A stretch of 64,000 bases of DNA from Acidobacteriota bacterium (GCA_038040455.1 JBBPIH010000032.1:254-64253), one strand, 5' to 3'; counted from the stretch's first letter, positions 26,202 to 36,100 are shown. Notes: generated from the sequence alone by a model not told the origin. Made by a program: numbers and translations.

Positions 26202-27227
26202 ATGAGCGAATCTGGAACGGCGATCGGCAGCAGCGGCGAACCGCTATTCGAAGCTTTCTTGAACCGGCACGATGATAAGGCGTGGCGCGAAATCATCCGC
26301 AGGCTGCTTCCGTCTATACACGAGGTCGACCGTACAGCCACCGAGATCTGGTTTTACTTCTTCCCGCTCACGCTCGTGAGAGCTTTACAACAAGCAGGGG
26401 ATCCCGAGCATCTCGCACGGAAGCTCTTGCTCGAGGGGAAGTATCTCCTCAAACACCAGATCGACTCTTCGCACGAGTTCTTCTACGGCGATCGTTACTG
26501 GCCGCAAGTCAAAGCCGCGGTCAGCGAACTGGCGGCTTCGACGGGCTCGCCCGCAAGCCTGGATCTCGCCGCTCAAATCCGCCGCCTCGCCGCAGGCGTT
26601 GCCAGTCTGGAACAAGTTGACGAGCCGCTGGTTGTTGGCATCACCGCGGTGGCTTTCATGACTCTTCAGCAGGTTGGGGCCGAGGCGTTCAGATTGTCGC
26701 CGAGTACGAAGCGCACGCTATCCCCGAAATCGCCTGAGCAAATCCTGAAGGCGCGCTCGCGCGATGATAGGCAGGGCCTGTTCAGCTTCCTCAACCCGGA
26801 TAAGATCTTCACGATCACGTTTACCGAAAACGACCCGGGCGCCAGGTTCAAGCTCATCAACACTCAGCACCTGACGACTGCCGCCGCCAACGACAAGCGC
26901 GACTACCATTCGCGCGAGCCGCGCTGTGTTGTAGGTGAAGGGCCGATTCCTATTCAGTGTCGCTCAGCGTCGTGCGGCACTTGTTGGGTCGGCGTGCTCG
27001 GTGGCGCGGAGAAGCTGTCAGAAGTCGCCGATCTCGAGTGGCAGCGGATCAGAGAATTCGGCTACATCGATACGGAAGAGCCTCGTCCGCTGATCAGACT
27101 CGCGTGTCAGGCGCAAGCTTATGGCAATGTTTCGATCGTGATTCCACCCTGGAACGGAGTGTTCGGCAAATTCATACGTCAGCAGAAGATCGAGAGCGAA
27201 GAAGAGCAACAGAGCTCGATCATCTGA
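26202..27227 (+). CDS. Protein with unknown N-terminal domain fused to a C-terminal plant-type 2Fe-2S ferredoxin-like domain
   Basis: C-terminal CRSASCGTCWVGVLGG ... IRLACQAQ (C-x4-C-x2-C ... C). The N-terminal 230 aa or so has no motif I recognise. Confidence 0.65.
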   Translation: MSESGTAIGSSGEPLFEAFLNRHDDKAWREIIRRLLPSIHEVDRTATEIWFYFFPLTLVRALQQAGDPEHLARKLLLEGKYLLKHQIDSSHEFFYGDRYWPQVKAAVSELAASTGSPASLDLAAQIRRLAAGVASLEQVDEPLVVGITAVAFMTLQQVGAEAFRLSPSTKRTLSPKSPEQILKARSRDDRQGLFSFLNPDKIFTITFTENDPGARFKLINTQHLTTAAANDKRDYHSREPRCVVGEGPIPIQCRSASCGTCWVGVLGGAEKLSEVADLEWQRIREFGYIDTEEPRPLIRLACQAQAYGNVSIVIPPWNGVFGKFIRQQKIESEEEQQSSII

Positions 27228-27231
27228 AAGC

Positions 27232-28257
27232 ATGAAAGTCCTCATCATCGGCGGAACGCGCTTCATAGGCGTCCGGGTCGTACGGCGCCTGATCGAAGAG
27301 GGCAATGACGTTACCGTCTTTCATCGGGGTCACAGCAAATCCGAGATACCAACTTCGGTGAATCACCTTCTGGGCGAACGCGCCGCTCTATCAAGCTTTG
27401 CTTCTGAGTTCGCACGCATCGCGCCAGATGTGGTGCTGGACATGATCTGCTACAACGAGCAAGAGGCCGAGACCCTGATGCGCATATTCAGAGGCGTCGC
27501 GCGCCGTGTGGTTGTCGCAAGCAGCATGGACGTTTATCAAGCTTACGGTTGCTTGCTAGGTCTTGATGCTGCTCCACCTGATCCAATGCCGTTCAACGAG
27601 GACTCGCCGCTTCGCGAAAGCCGCTTTCCTTATCGGGGGCAAGCGAAAGGTCCCGACGATATGGCTTTCAACTACGATAAGATCCCAGTCGAGCAAGTCG
27701 TGATGAGCGATCCTGATTTGCCCGGCACCGTGTTGCGCCTGCCGGCGGTGTACGGTCCCGGCGACCATCGCGCGTTCGATCATCTGAAGCGTATGGAGGA
27801 TGGCAGGCGAGTTATTCTTCTCGAAGAGAAACACGCGCGTTGGCGTTGGACTCGAGGGTATGTTGACAACGTCGCGGCGGGGATAGCGCTCACGGTGACC
27901 GACGACCGCGCCGCAAATCGTGTCTACAATGTCGGTGAGCCGGATGCGCTGTCCGAAGCAGAGTGGGTTCGAAGCATTGGACGCGCCGCTGGATGGCAAG
28001 GCGAGGTTGTTGCGCTGCCGAAAGAGTTGATGCCTGAGCATCTCAGAATGCCTTACAACCTCGAGCATCACCTTGACGGCTATACAAGCCGAATAAGACG
28101 AGAGCTTGGCTACGCCGAGCACATCACCCGCGATGAAGCTATGAAACAGACTGTCGAGTGGGAACGCGCGCACCCTCCAGATCAAGTGGACGCGAGCCGC
28201 TTCAACTACGCAGCAGAGGATGCGGCGTTAGAGAAGCTTGCGGAACCGAGACGCTGA
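27232..28257 (+). CDS. NAD-dependent epimerase/dehydratase family (extended SDR)
   Basis: N-terminal Rossmann motif MKVLIIGGTRFIGVRVV. 341 aa. Confidence 0.8.
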   Translation: MKVLIIGGTRFIGVRVVRRLIEEGNDVTVFHRGHSKSEIPTSVNHLLGERAALSSFASEFARIAPDVVLDMICYNEQEAETLMRIFRGVARRVVVASSMDVYQAYGCLLGLDAAPPDPMPFNEDSPLRESRFPYRGQAKGPDDMAFNYDKIPVEQVVMSDPDLPGTVLRLPAVYGPGDHRAFDHLKRMEDGRRVILLEEKHARWRWTRGYVDNVAAGIALTVTDDRAANRVYNVGEPDALSEAEWVRSIGRAAGWQGEVVALPKELMPEHLRMPYNLEHHLDGYTSRIRRELGYAEHITRDEAMKQTVEWERAHPPDQVDASRFNYAAEDAALEKLAEPRR

Positions 28258-28281
28258 CGCTTTCGGCGATCGAGTTTTCGA

Positions 28282-28852
28282 ATGTTTCTGCTACATCGGC
28301 CCACCGAAGAACAAATCCGCCAGTTTCTCTCCTCACAACAGCACCAGTCCTTCTCATATCCAGGTCCTGGTGCTTCAGGGCTAGCAGCGCCTCGAGGTTA
28401 CACGGTGGATCACAACCGCATAAGGCTGGGCACCGGGCCGGAGGTCTTCAAACGAGCGGTTGAAGCACTCAAGCGATGGGAAATGTTCAACATCGGTTGG
28501 CTGCATCTCTGCTGGCCCGCCGCGCCGATTGAGACGGGCGCCACGGTCGCCGTGCTTGCTCACATCCTCGGCTTCTGGTCGCTGAACGCTTGCCGAATCG
28601 CCCTCGTGATCGACGAACACCGTGAGGTGCGGAAGTTCGGCTTCGCATACGGCACTCTGCCCCGAGCACGTAGAGCGCGGCCAGGAGTCGTTTACGATCG
28701 AGTTGCACAGCAAAGACGATTCAGTGTGGTACGACATCTATGCTTATTCGAGGCCAAATCACTTGATTGCTAAGCTCGGATACCCGGTCACTCGCTTACT
28801 GCAGAAACGCTTTGCGCGCGAGTCGATGGACGCGATGCTTCGAGCAGTGTGA
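28282..28852 (+). pseudogene. DUF1990 family gene, interrupted by a +1 frameshift in a C-run
   Basis: Frame 1 reads to ...FGFAYGTLP. The conserved continuation EHVERGQESFTIELHSKDDSVWYDIYAYSRPNHLIAKLGYPVTRLLQKRF is in the next frame (track ORF 28622..28852). The shift is at CCCC 28660-28663. It could be a sequencing error. Confidence 0.7.
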
Positions 28853-28869
28853 CCTGTGCGCGATTGTGT

Positions 28870-29017
28870 CATTAACACCTCACTTCAGTGAGGTGACGGC
28901 CGCAGAATCCGGCTCGAACTGTTTTAACAGTTTCAACGTGCGACTGTGGGCAAACCGTTGAAACGGTTCTACTCGACGCGACAGCGCAGTCCACCTCACT
29001 GAAGTGAGGTGTTAATG
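28870..29017. repeat. Hairpin-armed palindromic element (MITE-like)
   Basis: Arms are CATTAACACCTCACTTCAGTGAGGTG (28870-28895) and CACCTCACTGAAGTGAGGTGTTAATG (28992-29017). Each arm is a hairpin. The core holds the palindromes AACTGTTTTAACAGTT and AACCGTTGAAACGGTT. Confidence 0.9.
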
Positions 29018-29194
29018 AGATTCTGAGTGTGCCAGCCCAGACATTTGTTATGAGTGGTGTTGTGTTCAAGCCTCACTTCGAATGGCATCACGGAGGGACG
29101 CCCGCACAGGTGAATGTTTACGCGCGCACAAACTGGACATATAATCCTCGCTCATCGTTATCAGTGGAACCCCAAAGCTGACAGGAGAACAGCA

Positions 29195-30820
29195 ATGCTA
29201 AGAACCAGAGCCTTCTTCATGATATGCGTGTCACTGCTCGGTTACGCGCCGGTACTTGCGCAAGACGCCGCAGACATCAACGCGAAGATTCGAAAAGAGG
29301 AGACGGACAACTCGCAGATCATGCGGACGATGCATTTTCTTACTGACATCCACGGTCCGCGTTTGACTGGCTCGCCGAATCTGAAAGCCGCCGGTGAATG
29401 GGCGATCAAGCAGATGACCGCCTGGGGTTTTGAGAACGGCCATCTGGAACCGTGGGACTTCGGTCACCCGGGCTGGATGAACGAACGCTTTTCGGGCTTT
29501 ATCACATCGCCGGTGAAGGACACGCTTACCTGTGAAGTGCTCGCATGGACCGCGGGCACTAATGGACCGGTGACGGCGAAGGCTTATCAGATGGTCCTTC
29601 CCGAAAAGCCCACTCAGGAAGAGTTCACTGCGTACCTTGCAACGCAGAAGGACAAAGTCAAAGGGAAGTTCGTGCTTGCGGGCAAGCATCAGATGGTCGC
29701 CGTGAATCTTACTCCGCCTCCGCGCCGGCAAGACGACAAGCAGGCGAAGGAACGCTATGATCCGAACAATCCGAACGCGGGGCAGGGTCGCAGGGGTCGC
29801 GGGCCTCAACAGGAAGACCCGGGGAAGCTGACGGCGCGGCAAATCGATGAGCAACTCGATCAGTTCCTTCTTACAAGCGGGGCATTGATAAGAGCGAACG
29901 ATGCCGGACGCGAGCATCGCCAGATTCGGGCTTTTAACAATCGCACGTTCGACGCGGCCAAGGCGCTCCCGACCGTAGTGATGAGCAACGAGGACTATGG
30001 CCGCATCTCGCGCATTCTCGCGGACGGCCAGCCTGTCGAGCTTGAGTTCAACATAGTCAATCGCTGGTACCCCGAAGGCAAAACCGCTTACAACACGATC
30101 GCCGAAATTCCGGGCACGGACAAGACAGACGAAGTAGTGATGCTTGGCGGGCATCTCGACTCGTGGCACTCGGCGACTGGAGCTACGGACAACGCGATCG
30201 GCTGCGCGGTGATGATGGAAGCCGCGCGGATTCTGAAAGCCATCGGCGTGAAGCCTCGCCGCACGATTCGAGTCGCGCTTTGGAGCGGTGAGGAGCAAGG
30301 CTTGCTCGGCTCACAGGCTTATGTGAAGGAGCACTTCGGAACGTTCGAGGAGCCGAAGCCTGAATACAACAAGCTGGCCGCTTACTTCAACATCGACTCG
30401 GGGACGGGACGCGCGCGCGGCGCAAGCGTGTTCGGACCACCGGAGGCCGCAGCGATCGTGCGCGCAGCACTTGCGCCGTTCGAAGACGTTGGCGTGATGG
30501 GAGCGATTCCGTCTAAGAGCCGCGCGCTCGGCGGCACGGACAGCACTTCGTTCAGTCAGGCGGGCCTTGCCGGTATCGGGATAGGGCAGGACCCGATCGA
30601 ATACAATTCAGCTACGTGGCACACGAACCTGGACACCTACGAACGGATCATCTTAGACGACGCGAGGAAGGCAGCGATAGCGATTGCCGCTGCCGTGTAT
30701 CAGCTTGCGATGCGGGATGAGCTGCTTCCGCGCTTCAGCAAGGAGAACATGCCGCCGCTTCCGCCGAAGCCCGGCACACCCGCGACTCCAACACCGCAGG
30801 CGCCGCCCGGGAACAACTGA
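29195..30820 (+). CDS. M28 family metallopeptidase (aminopeptidase-like), secreted
   Basis: ATG 29195 after AGGAGA gives [23 protein letters not shown]. Zinc-site region [30 protein letters not shown] and [15 protein letters not shown]. Confidence 0.85.
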   Translation: MLRTRAFFMICVSLLGYAPVLAQDAADINAKIRKEETDNSQIMRTMHFLTDIHGPRLTGSPNLKAAGEWAIKQMTAWGFENGHLEPWDFGHPGWMNERFSGFITSPVKDTLTCEVLAWTAGTNGPVTAKAYQMVLPEKPTQEEFTAYLATQKDKVKGKFVLAGKHQMVAVNLTPPPRRQDDKQAKERYDPNNPNAGQGRRGRGPQQEDPGKLTARQIDEQLDQFLLTSGALIRANDAGREHRQIRAFNNRTFDAAKALPTVVMSNEDYGRISRILADGQPVELEFNIVNRWYPEGKTAYNTIAEIPGTDKTDEVVMLGGHLDSWHSATGATDNAIGCAVMMEAARILKAIGVKPRRTIRVALWSGEEQGLLGSQAYVKEHFGTFEEPKPEYNKLAAYFNIDSGTGRARGASVFGPPEAAAIVRAALAPFEDVGVMGAIPSKSRALGGTDSTSFSQAGLAGIGIGQDPIEYNSATWHTNLDTYERIILDDARKAAIAIAAAVYQLAMRDELLPRFSKENMPPLPPKPGTPATPTPQAPPGNN

Positions 30821-30826
30821 ACCTAC

Positions 30827-31083
30827 GGTTCAGAGTTCAGGGTTCAGAGTTCAGGGTTCAGAGTTCAGGGTTCAGGGTTCAGAGTACAAGCTTTAGCTTG
30901 CTACGGAGAGCAACCTAAAGGTTGTACTCTGAACCAGAAACCAGAAACCAGAAACCAGAAACCAGCAACCAGCAACCAGCAACCAGCAACCAGCAACCAG
31001 CAACCAGCAACCAGCAACCCTGAACCCTGAACCCTGAACCCTGAACCCTGAACCCTGAACCCTGAACCCTGAACTCGGAACCC
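30827..31083. repeat. Inverted heptamer-array element, asymmetric and multi-unit
   Basis: Left arm: 8 units GGTTCAG/AGTTCAG (30827-30882). Centre 30881-30930 has the small hairpins CAAGCT-TT-AGCTTG and CAACC-TAAA-GGTTG. Right arm: (AACCAGA)x4, (AACCAGC)x8, (AACCCTG)x7. The element fills the spacer between stop 30820 and ATG 31089. Confidence 0.95.
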
Positions 31084-31088
31084 TTTTT

Positions 31089-31547
31089 ATGAGCGAGATC
31101 AAACGAATCAACGACCAACTCAAGCGGGCGTTTGAAGGTAAGGCGTGGCACGGGCCGTCTGTCTCTGAAGTACTGGCGGGCGTCACTGCCGAGCAAGCGG
31201 CCGCGCATTCGATCCCGGGCGCGCACAGCATCTGGGAGCTTACTCTGCACATCGCTACATGGGAGCGCGTAGGCCGCAGGCGGGTAGAAGAATCGGATCC
31301 AATCGACGTCTCGGACGAAGAAGACTGGCCGGCAGTTGAAGACACGAGCGACGGGGCATGGCAAAACGCGCTTGAAGAACTCCGGCGCAACCACGAAACC
31401 CTCCGCGCAGCGATCAGGGGGCTAGATGAAGCGCGGCTTGAGGAGATCGTGCCTGGCACGCAGTACTCGATCTACTTCCTTTTACACGGCGTGATTCAGC
31501 ACGACCTTTATCACGCGGGGCAGATCGCGCTGTTGAAGAAAGCGTGA
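31089..31547 (+). CDS. DinB family protein
   Basis: 152 aa. AWHGPSVSEVL ... HSIWELTLHIATWE ... LLHGVIQHDLYHAGQIALLKK (DinB-type His triad context). Confidence 0.8.
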   Translation: MSEIKRINDQLKRAFEGKAWHGPSVSEVLAGVTAEQAAAHSIPGAHSIWELTLHIATWERVGRRRVEESDPIDVSDEEDWPAVEDTSDGAWQNALEELRRNHETLRAAIRGLDEARLEEIVPGTQYSIYFLLHGVIQHDLYHAGQIALLKKA

Positions 31548-31559
31548 ACCGCAACGCCG

Positions 31560-31937
31560 ATGGGCCAACGACGACAAAATCCTCCGTCACACCGGCATTT
31601 CGTTGAGAGTCGGCAAAACTCTGACCCAGCGACGGCGTTCAAACGGAGCTTTCTTGACCGCTTCTTCGTGCGATTTCACATGACCTTGTTGCTGGCGGGC
31701 GTGTGCGCTTCAGGTCTTCTTGCCAGCAAGCTTCTACTCGAATTCGGCTTGCGCTCAATGTTTTTCCGTTACTTGATAGCGGTCTGCGTCTCATATGCCG
31801 TCTTCTTCTTCCTGATCAGAATCTGGTTGTGGCACGTGACCGGTTCCTCAAAGTACGAGCCGCGATTGCCCGATGTCGACGTTGTCGATGCGGCTGATCT
31901 TGGCCGGATGTCTGTCGATGTGATTCCCGAGCGCTAA
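31560..31937 (+). CDS. Hypothetical membrane protein (possibly the N-terminal remnant of the disrupted AAA+ gene downstream)
   Basis: Two hydrophobic spans ([41 protein letters not shown]). No motif recognised. Confidence 0.35.
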   Translation: MGQRRQNPPSHRHFVESRQNSDPATAFKRSFLDRFFVRFHMTLLLAGVCASGLLASKLLLEFGLRSMFFRYLIAVCVSYAVFFFLIRIWLWHVTGSSKYEPRLPDVDVVDAADLGRMSVDVIPER

Positions 31938-32002
31938 ACTTTTTGGGTGCGGGTCAGGTTTTCGCGCATCACCTCTGACAGAGACTCATGAAAAGTCCGG
32001 GA

Positions 32003-32070
32003 ATCCCAGCCACGGCAGTGGGTGGATTGTTCAAGCCCAGCCTACGAAGAGAGCCGCCGGCCCCCTTTGT
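32003..32070. repeat. Solo arm of the 60201-60358-type hairpin-armed element
   Basis: TCCCAGCCACGGCAGTGGGTGGATTGTTCAAGCCCAGCCTACGAAGAGAGCCGCCGGCCCCC aligns by eye with the reverse complement of 60297-60360, which is TCCCACCAACGCAGTTGGTGGTGCTTTCATACCCAGCCTACAAGGAAGGCCGGCCCCCCC. Confidence 0.7.
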
Positions 32071-32076
32071 TTTTGC

Positions 32077-32619
32077 ATGCGCGCCGTGTTTACCCGCGCG
32101 CGAAAGACTACGCCGTCCATCGTCGTGCTCGAAGACCTGGACTCGCTGATCGACAATGAGAATAAGGCGTTCTTCTTGAACGAGCTCGACGGATTTGCGG
32201 AGAACGACGGTGTCGTGGTTCTGGCCACCACGAATCACCCCGAGAAACTGGATGCGGCCATACTCGATCGGCCCAGCAGATTCGACAGGAAGTACTATTT
32301 CAACTTGCCGGCGCCGCCCGAGAGGTTGACCTATATCGCTTCGTGGAACAAGTCGCTGGAAGTTGACCTGAGGCTTTCGGAGCATGCGCTTCCGAAGCTC
32401 GTCGAAGCAACCGGCGGCTTCTCCTTCGCATACTTGAAGGAGCTTTTCCTCTCGTCAATGATGCAGTGGGTAGCGGAGCGTGGTACCGGAAGAATGGATG
32501 CAGTCATGCTCAACCGGGCTACGGTGCTGCGCGAGCAGATGAACAACGCCGACGGCAAAAAGCGTAAGAAGGGTGACGGCAGAAAGAAGGCTAAAAAGGC
32601 GGCTGCATCGCGGTTGTGA
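32077..32619 (+). pseudogene. AAA+ ATPase, N-terminally truncated (no Walker A)
   Basis: The ORF starts just before Walker B ([12 protein letters not shown]). It then has sensor-1 [13 protein letters not shown], Arg finger [14 protein letters not shown] and a lid domain. I translated about 100 nt upstream in two frames, including the ORF's own frame, and found no GxxGxGK[ST]. Confidence 0.75.
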
Positions 32620-32696
32620 AAATCAGCGTCCACGTTGCATACTCGTGCACGGCGTGCTTCTGTGCAATCTCTATCACGCTGGGCTGACTATACCAG

Positions 32697-32848
32697 CCTA
32701 GCAGGCTGCTGAAAAAGGGCGCTCGCCACTAAGACACAAAGACACGAAGCTGCACCAAGTCAGTGAATGCAGTATGTTGTGGGCTTTGTGCTCCTTCGTG
32801 CCCTCGTGCCTTAGTGGCGATAGATTAGTTTTTCAGCAGCCTGCTAAG
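32697..32848. repeat. Long palindromic element
   Basis: CCTAGCAGGCTGCTGAAAAAGGGCGCTCGCCACTAAGACACAAAGACACGAAG (32697-32749) pairs imperfectly with CTTCGTGCCCTCGTGCCTTAGTGGCGATAGATTAGTTTTTCAGCAGCCTGCTAAG (32794-32848). Confidence 0.85.
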
Positions 32849-32985
32849 TTATACCCACGATTCCCAAGATGATTTCCTCGTGCCATTCCCCCATTTGAGG
32901 CCTGTGGCAAATCTATTTTTGATCAAAGACCAAAAAAGAGAGGCGTCTGGGTCAGCGGCTGTGCCAATAGGGAACCGCGCGCTAG

Positions 32986-33423
32986 CTACTTCTTGAAAAG
33001 TTGATCCCTCATCTTCGACACGATCCGGTCAGCTACCTTGCGCTGGCCGCCCCGTCTCAAGCCGAGCCCCCAGAGCGAGCGGTCGCCAGCCTCTCCGGCC
33101 CATACCATTGTCTTGTCCTTCACGCTGATCAACTGGACGCTGCCTTCGTTCTTATCCTTGCCGCCGAAGACCGTGTGATACCACTTGTCATCGCCCTTGA
33201 TAGAAGCGCCGGTTAATATGAAGTCGGCGTCCTTATCTTCGGTGACGACGGTGAGCGGCAGTTTTTTCTTGACGATTTCAGCTGCGATGAAGGGATGCAG
33301 ATTGCCTTCCATCGGCGCGATGAAGACCTTCGAACCGCTCGGTACCTTGGCGGCCAGGTCCTGAGCGACTGCGGCGCCGAGCATTGCAACCAAACATAGT
33401 CCTAAAGATATGAGACGATTCAT
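32986..33423 (-). CDS. Hypothetical secreted protein
   Basis: ATG 33423 is preceded by GGAGG. MNRLISLGLCLVAMLGAAVAQ is a signal peptide. 145 aa. Confidence 0.65.
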   Translation of the reverse strand: MNRLISLGLCLVAMLGAAVAQDLAAKVPSGSKVFIAPMEGNLHPFIAAEIVKKKLPLTVVTEDKDADFILTGASIKGDDKWYHTVFGGKDKNEGSVQLISVKDKTMVWAGEAGDRSLWGLGLRRGGQRKVADRIVSKMRDQLFKK

Positions 33424-33784
33424 TTTGTCTGAGCCTCCGTTAATCCAAAAGGTCGGCCTCGGGGCCCGACGCTCCTCAGAAATACAGACGACGTAACTCC
33501 GCACGACAATGCAAAAGAATACTTGCATCGCATGCGGTGTGCGGGCCGGCCTGCGCGCGTCAAACGAAGCATGAAGAGGAAATGTCTTCGACCTCGACGC
33601 CTGTATGCCACCCTAACAAGCGGGTCATTCTTATCACGTACCGAGCAGTAGATTCAATGAGTGGAGTGGATTTTTCAATGGGCGAGGTCAAATTGAGACA
33701 CAAAGTGTTGGTCGCTTTTGAAGTCGCTGCTTGCTAACATCAGATGGTCGATATTTCTACGCCTCGCTAAAATTACTGGACTGA

Positions 33785-35470
33785 ATGAGCAGTGCACCAA
33801 ACAAAGTCATCTACTCAATGGTCGGAGTCGGGAAGTACTATGACAAAAAACCGGTCATCAAGGACATCTATCTCTCTTACTTCTACGGCGCTAAGATCGG
33901 CGTCATCGGACTCAACGGCTCGGGTAAGAGTTCGCTTCTTCGCATCATCGCCGGCGTTGATAAAGAGTTCGTAGGCGAGACCGTTATTTCGCCCGGCTAC
34001 ACGACCGGCTTCCTTGAACAAGAGCCGCGCCTCGATGAATCCAAGACCGTTCGCGAAATCGTCGAAGAAGGAGTGCATGAAGCGATCGATCTGTTGAAGC
34101 AGTTCGAACAGATCAACGAGAAGTTCGCCGAGCCGATGAGCGACGACGAAATGACCGCGCTGCTCGAACAGCAGGGAGATGTTCAAGAGAAGCTCGACGC
34201 GGCGAATGCCTGGGACCTTGACAGCCGGCTCGAGATGGCGATGGACGCCTTGCGATGTCCGCCAGGAGAGACGCCGGTCAAGATTCTTTCAGGAGGCGAA
34301 CGGCGCCGAGTTGCGCTGTGCCGGCTGTTGCTCAAACAACCTGACATTCTTCTACTCGACGAGCCCACTAATCATCTCGACGCTGAATCAGTCGGATGGC
34401 TCGAACAGCATCTTCAGAAGTATCCGGGCACGGTCATCGCAATTACTCACGATCGCTACTTTCTGGACAACGTTGCGGGTTGGATCCTCGAGCTGGATCA
34501 GGGACGAGGCATTCCGTGGGAAGGCAACTACTCGTCGTGGCTCGAACAGAAGCAAACTCGCTTGTCGCATGAAGAGAAGAGCGAATCGCAGCGGCAGAAG
34601 ACGCTTCAGCGTGAGCTTGAGTGGATTCGCATGTCGCCCAAAGGCCGTCACGCGAAATCGAAGGCTCGCATCAACTCTTACGAGGCGCTGTTGTCGCAGG
34701 AGAGTGAGAAGCGCTCACGAGAGCTGGAGATCTACATCCCTGCCGGGCCGCGACTGGGCGATGTCGTCATCGAAGCGAAAGACGTCAGCAAAGCTTATTG
34801 CGATAACCTCTTGATCGAAGGCATGTCGTTCTCGCTTCCTCCCGGCGGAATCATCGGCGTGATCGGTCCAAACGGCGCGGGGAAGACTACGCTATTCAGA
34901 ATGATCACCGGTCAGGAACAACCCGACAGCGGGACGATGCGAATCGGCGAAACGGCAACGCTCGGCTACGTCGACCAAAGCCGCGACACGCTTGATGCGA
35001 ACAAGACGATCTGGGAAGAAATCTCCGGCGGCAACGACATGATCGAGCTTGGAAAGCGGCAGGTGAACTCGCGTGCGTATGTGGCTCGCTTCAATTTTTC
35101 TGGAACCGATCAACAGAAGAGAGTCGGCTTGCTTTCGGGTGGCGAGCGGAACCGCGTTCACCTGGCGAAGATGTTGAAGGAAGGCGCGAACGTCCTGCTG
35201 CTCGATGAGCCGACGAACGATCTGGATGTGAACACGATGCGCGCGCTCGAGGAGGCTCTTGAAAACTTCGCCGGCTGCGCGGTCGTGATCAGCCACGATC
35301 GCTGGTTTCTCGACCGCCTCGCGACGCACATTCTTGCTTTCGAAGGCGAGAGCCACGTCGAGTGGTTTGACGGAAACTACACTGAATATGAAGCGGATCG
35401 AAAGGCAAGGTTGGGCGCGGCCGCGGACCAGCCTCATCGAATCAAGTACCGCCAGTTGACGAGGAAGTGA
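33785..35470 (+). CDS. ettA: Energy-dependent translational throttle protein EttA (ABC-F ATPase)
   Basis: Two NBDs with Walker [10 protein letters not shown] and GPNGAGKTT, and signatures [11 protein letters not shown] and [12 protein letters not shown]-terminus [22 protein letters not shown]. Length 561 aa, no TMD. Confidence 0.9.
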   Translation: MSSAPNKVIYSMVGVGKYYDKKPVIKDIYLSYFYGAKIGVIGLNGSGKSSLLRIIAGVDKEFVGETVISPGYTTGFLEQEPRLDESKTVREIVEEGVHEAIDLLKQFEQINEKFAEPMSDDEMTALLEQQGDVQEKLDAANAWDLDSRLEMAMDALRCPPGETPVKILSGGERRRVALCRLLLKQPDILLLDEPTNHLDAESVGWLEQHLQKYPGTVIAITHDRYFLDNVAGWILELDQGRGIPWEGNYSSWLEQKQTRLSHEEKSESQRQKTLQRELEWIRMSPKGRHAKSKARINSYEALLSQESEKRSRELEIYIPAGPRLGDVVIEAKDVSKAYCDNLLIEGMSFSLPPGGIIGVIGPNGAGKTTLFRMITGQEQPDSGTMRIGETATLGYVDQSRDTLDANKTIWEEISGGNDMIELGKRQVNSRAYVARFNFSGTDQQKRVGLLSGGERNRVHLAKMLKEGANVLLLDEPTNDLDVNTMRALEEALENFAGCAVVISHDRWFLDRLATHILAFEGESHVEWFDGNYTEYEADRKARLGAAADQPHRIKYRQLTRK

Positions 35471-35528
35471 CGCAGCGGCGTTAGCCGAATTTCTTGACGC
35501 AAGATCGATCAGTAATTACATTGTGAGT

Positions 35529-35783
35529 ATGAAAGCGCAGATCGTTAGAATAGGCAATTCTCAAGGCATCCGAATTCCCAAGCCTTTCTTACAGCAGAGC
35601 GGGATAGCGAAGGAAGTCGACATCGAAGTGCAAGGCAACCAGATAGTTCTTAGATCGTTGCGCCGTGCCCGCGAAGGATGGGAAGAATCTTTCCGTCAGA
35701 TGGCGAGCAAAGGTGACGACCGCTTGCTGGATGAGAAACTTCTGAAACAGACCAGTTGGGATGAAGACGAGTGGCAGTGGTAA
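35529..35783 (+). CDS. mazE: MazE / AbrB-SpoVT family antitoxin
   Basis: MKAQIVRIGNSQGIRIPKPFLQQSG (SpoVT/AbrB swapped-hairpin motif). Overlaps the following MazF-like gene. Confidence 0.8.
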   Translation: MKAQIVRIGNSQGIRIPKPFLQQSGIAKEVDIEVQGNQIVLRSLRRAREGWEESFRQMASKGDDRLLDEKLLKQTSWDEDEWQW

Positions 35784-36100
35784 TCAAACGATTCGATGTC
35801 TTTCTTGTAGACTTGGACCCCACGGTCGGCAGCGAGATCAAGAAGACGCGGCCCTGCGTTGTAGTTTCACCAGATGAAATGAACCGGTACATAAGAACAG
35901 TCATCGTCGCGCCCATGACGACCCGCGGCACTTCCTATCCCACAAGAGTTTCATGCAAATTCAAAGGCAAGCAGGGGAAGATTGTATTGGATCAGCTTAG
36001 AACGGTTGATAAGGTGAGACTTGTGAGGAAACTTGGAACGGTGACTCGGCCGACTCAAGAGCACGTACTTTCGGTATTGGCAGAAATGTTCGCTGAATGA
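35771..36100 (+). CDS. mazF: MazF/PemK family endoribonuclease toxin
   Basis: IKRFDVFLVDLDPTVGSEIKKTRPCVVVSPDEMN ... TVIVAPMTT ... IVLDQLRTVDKVRL. Confidence 0.85.
   Translation: MAVVIKRFDVFLVDLDPTVGSEIKKTRPCVVVSPDEMNRYIRTVIVAPMTTRGTSYPTRVSCKFKGKQGKIVLDQLRTVDKVRLVRKLGTVTRPTQEHVLSVLAEMFAE

Noticed and set aside
30827-31083. Whether the heptamer arrays could be CRISPR arrays.
   Set aside because: The units are 7 nt and directly abutting, with no spacers. There are no cas genes in the window. The period and structure are incompatible with CRISPR.
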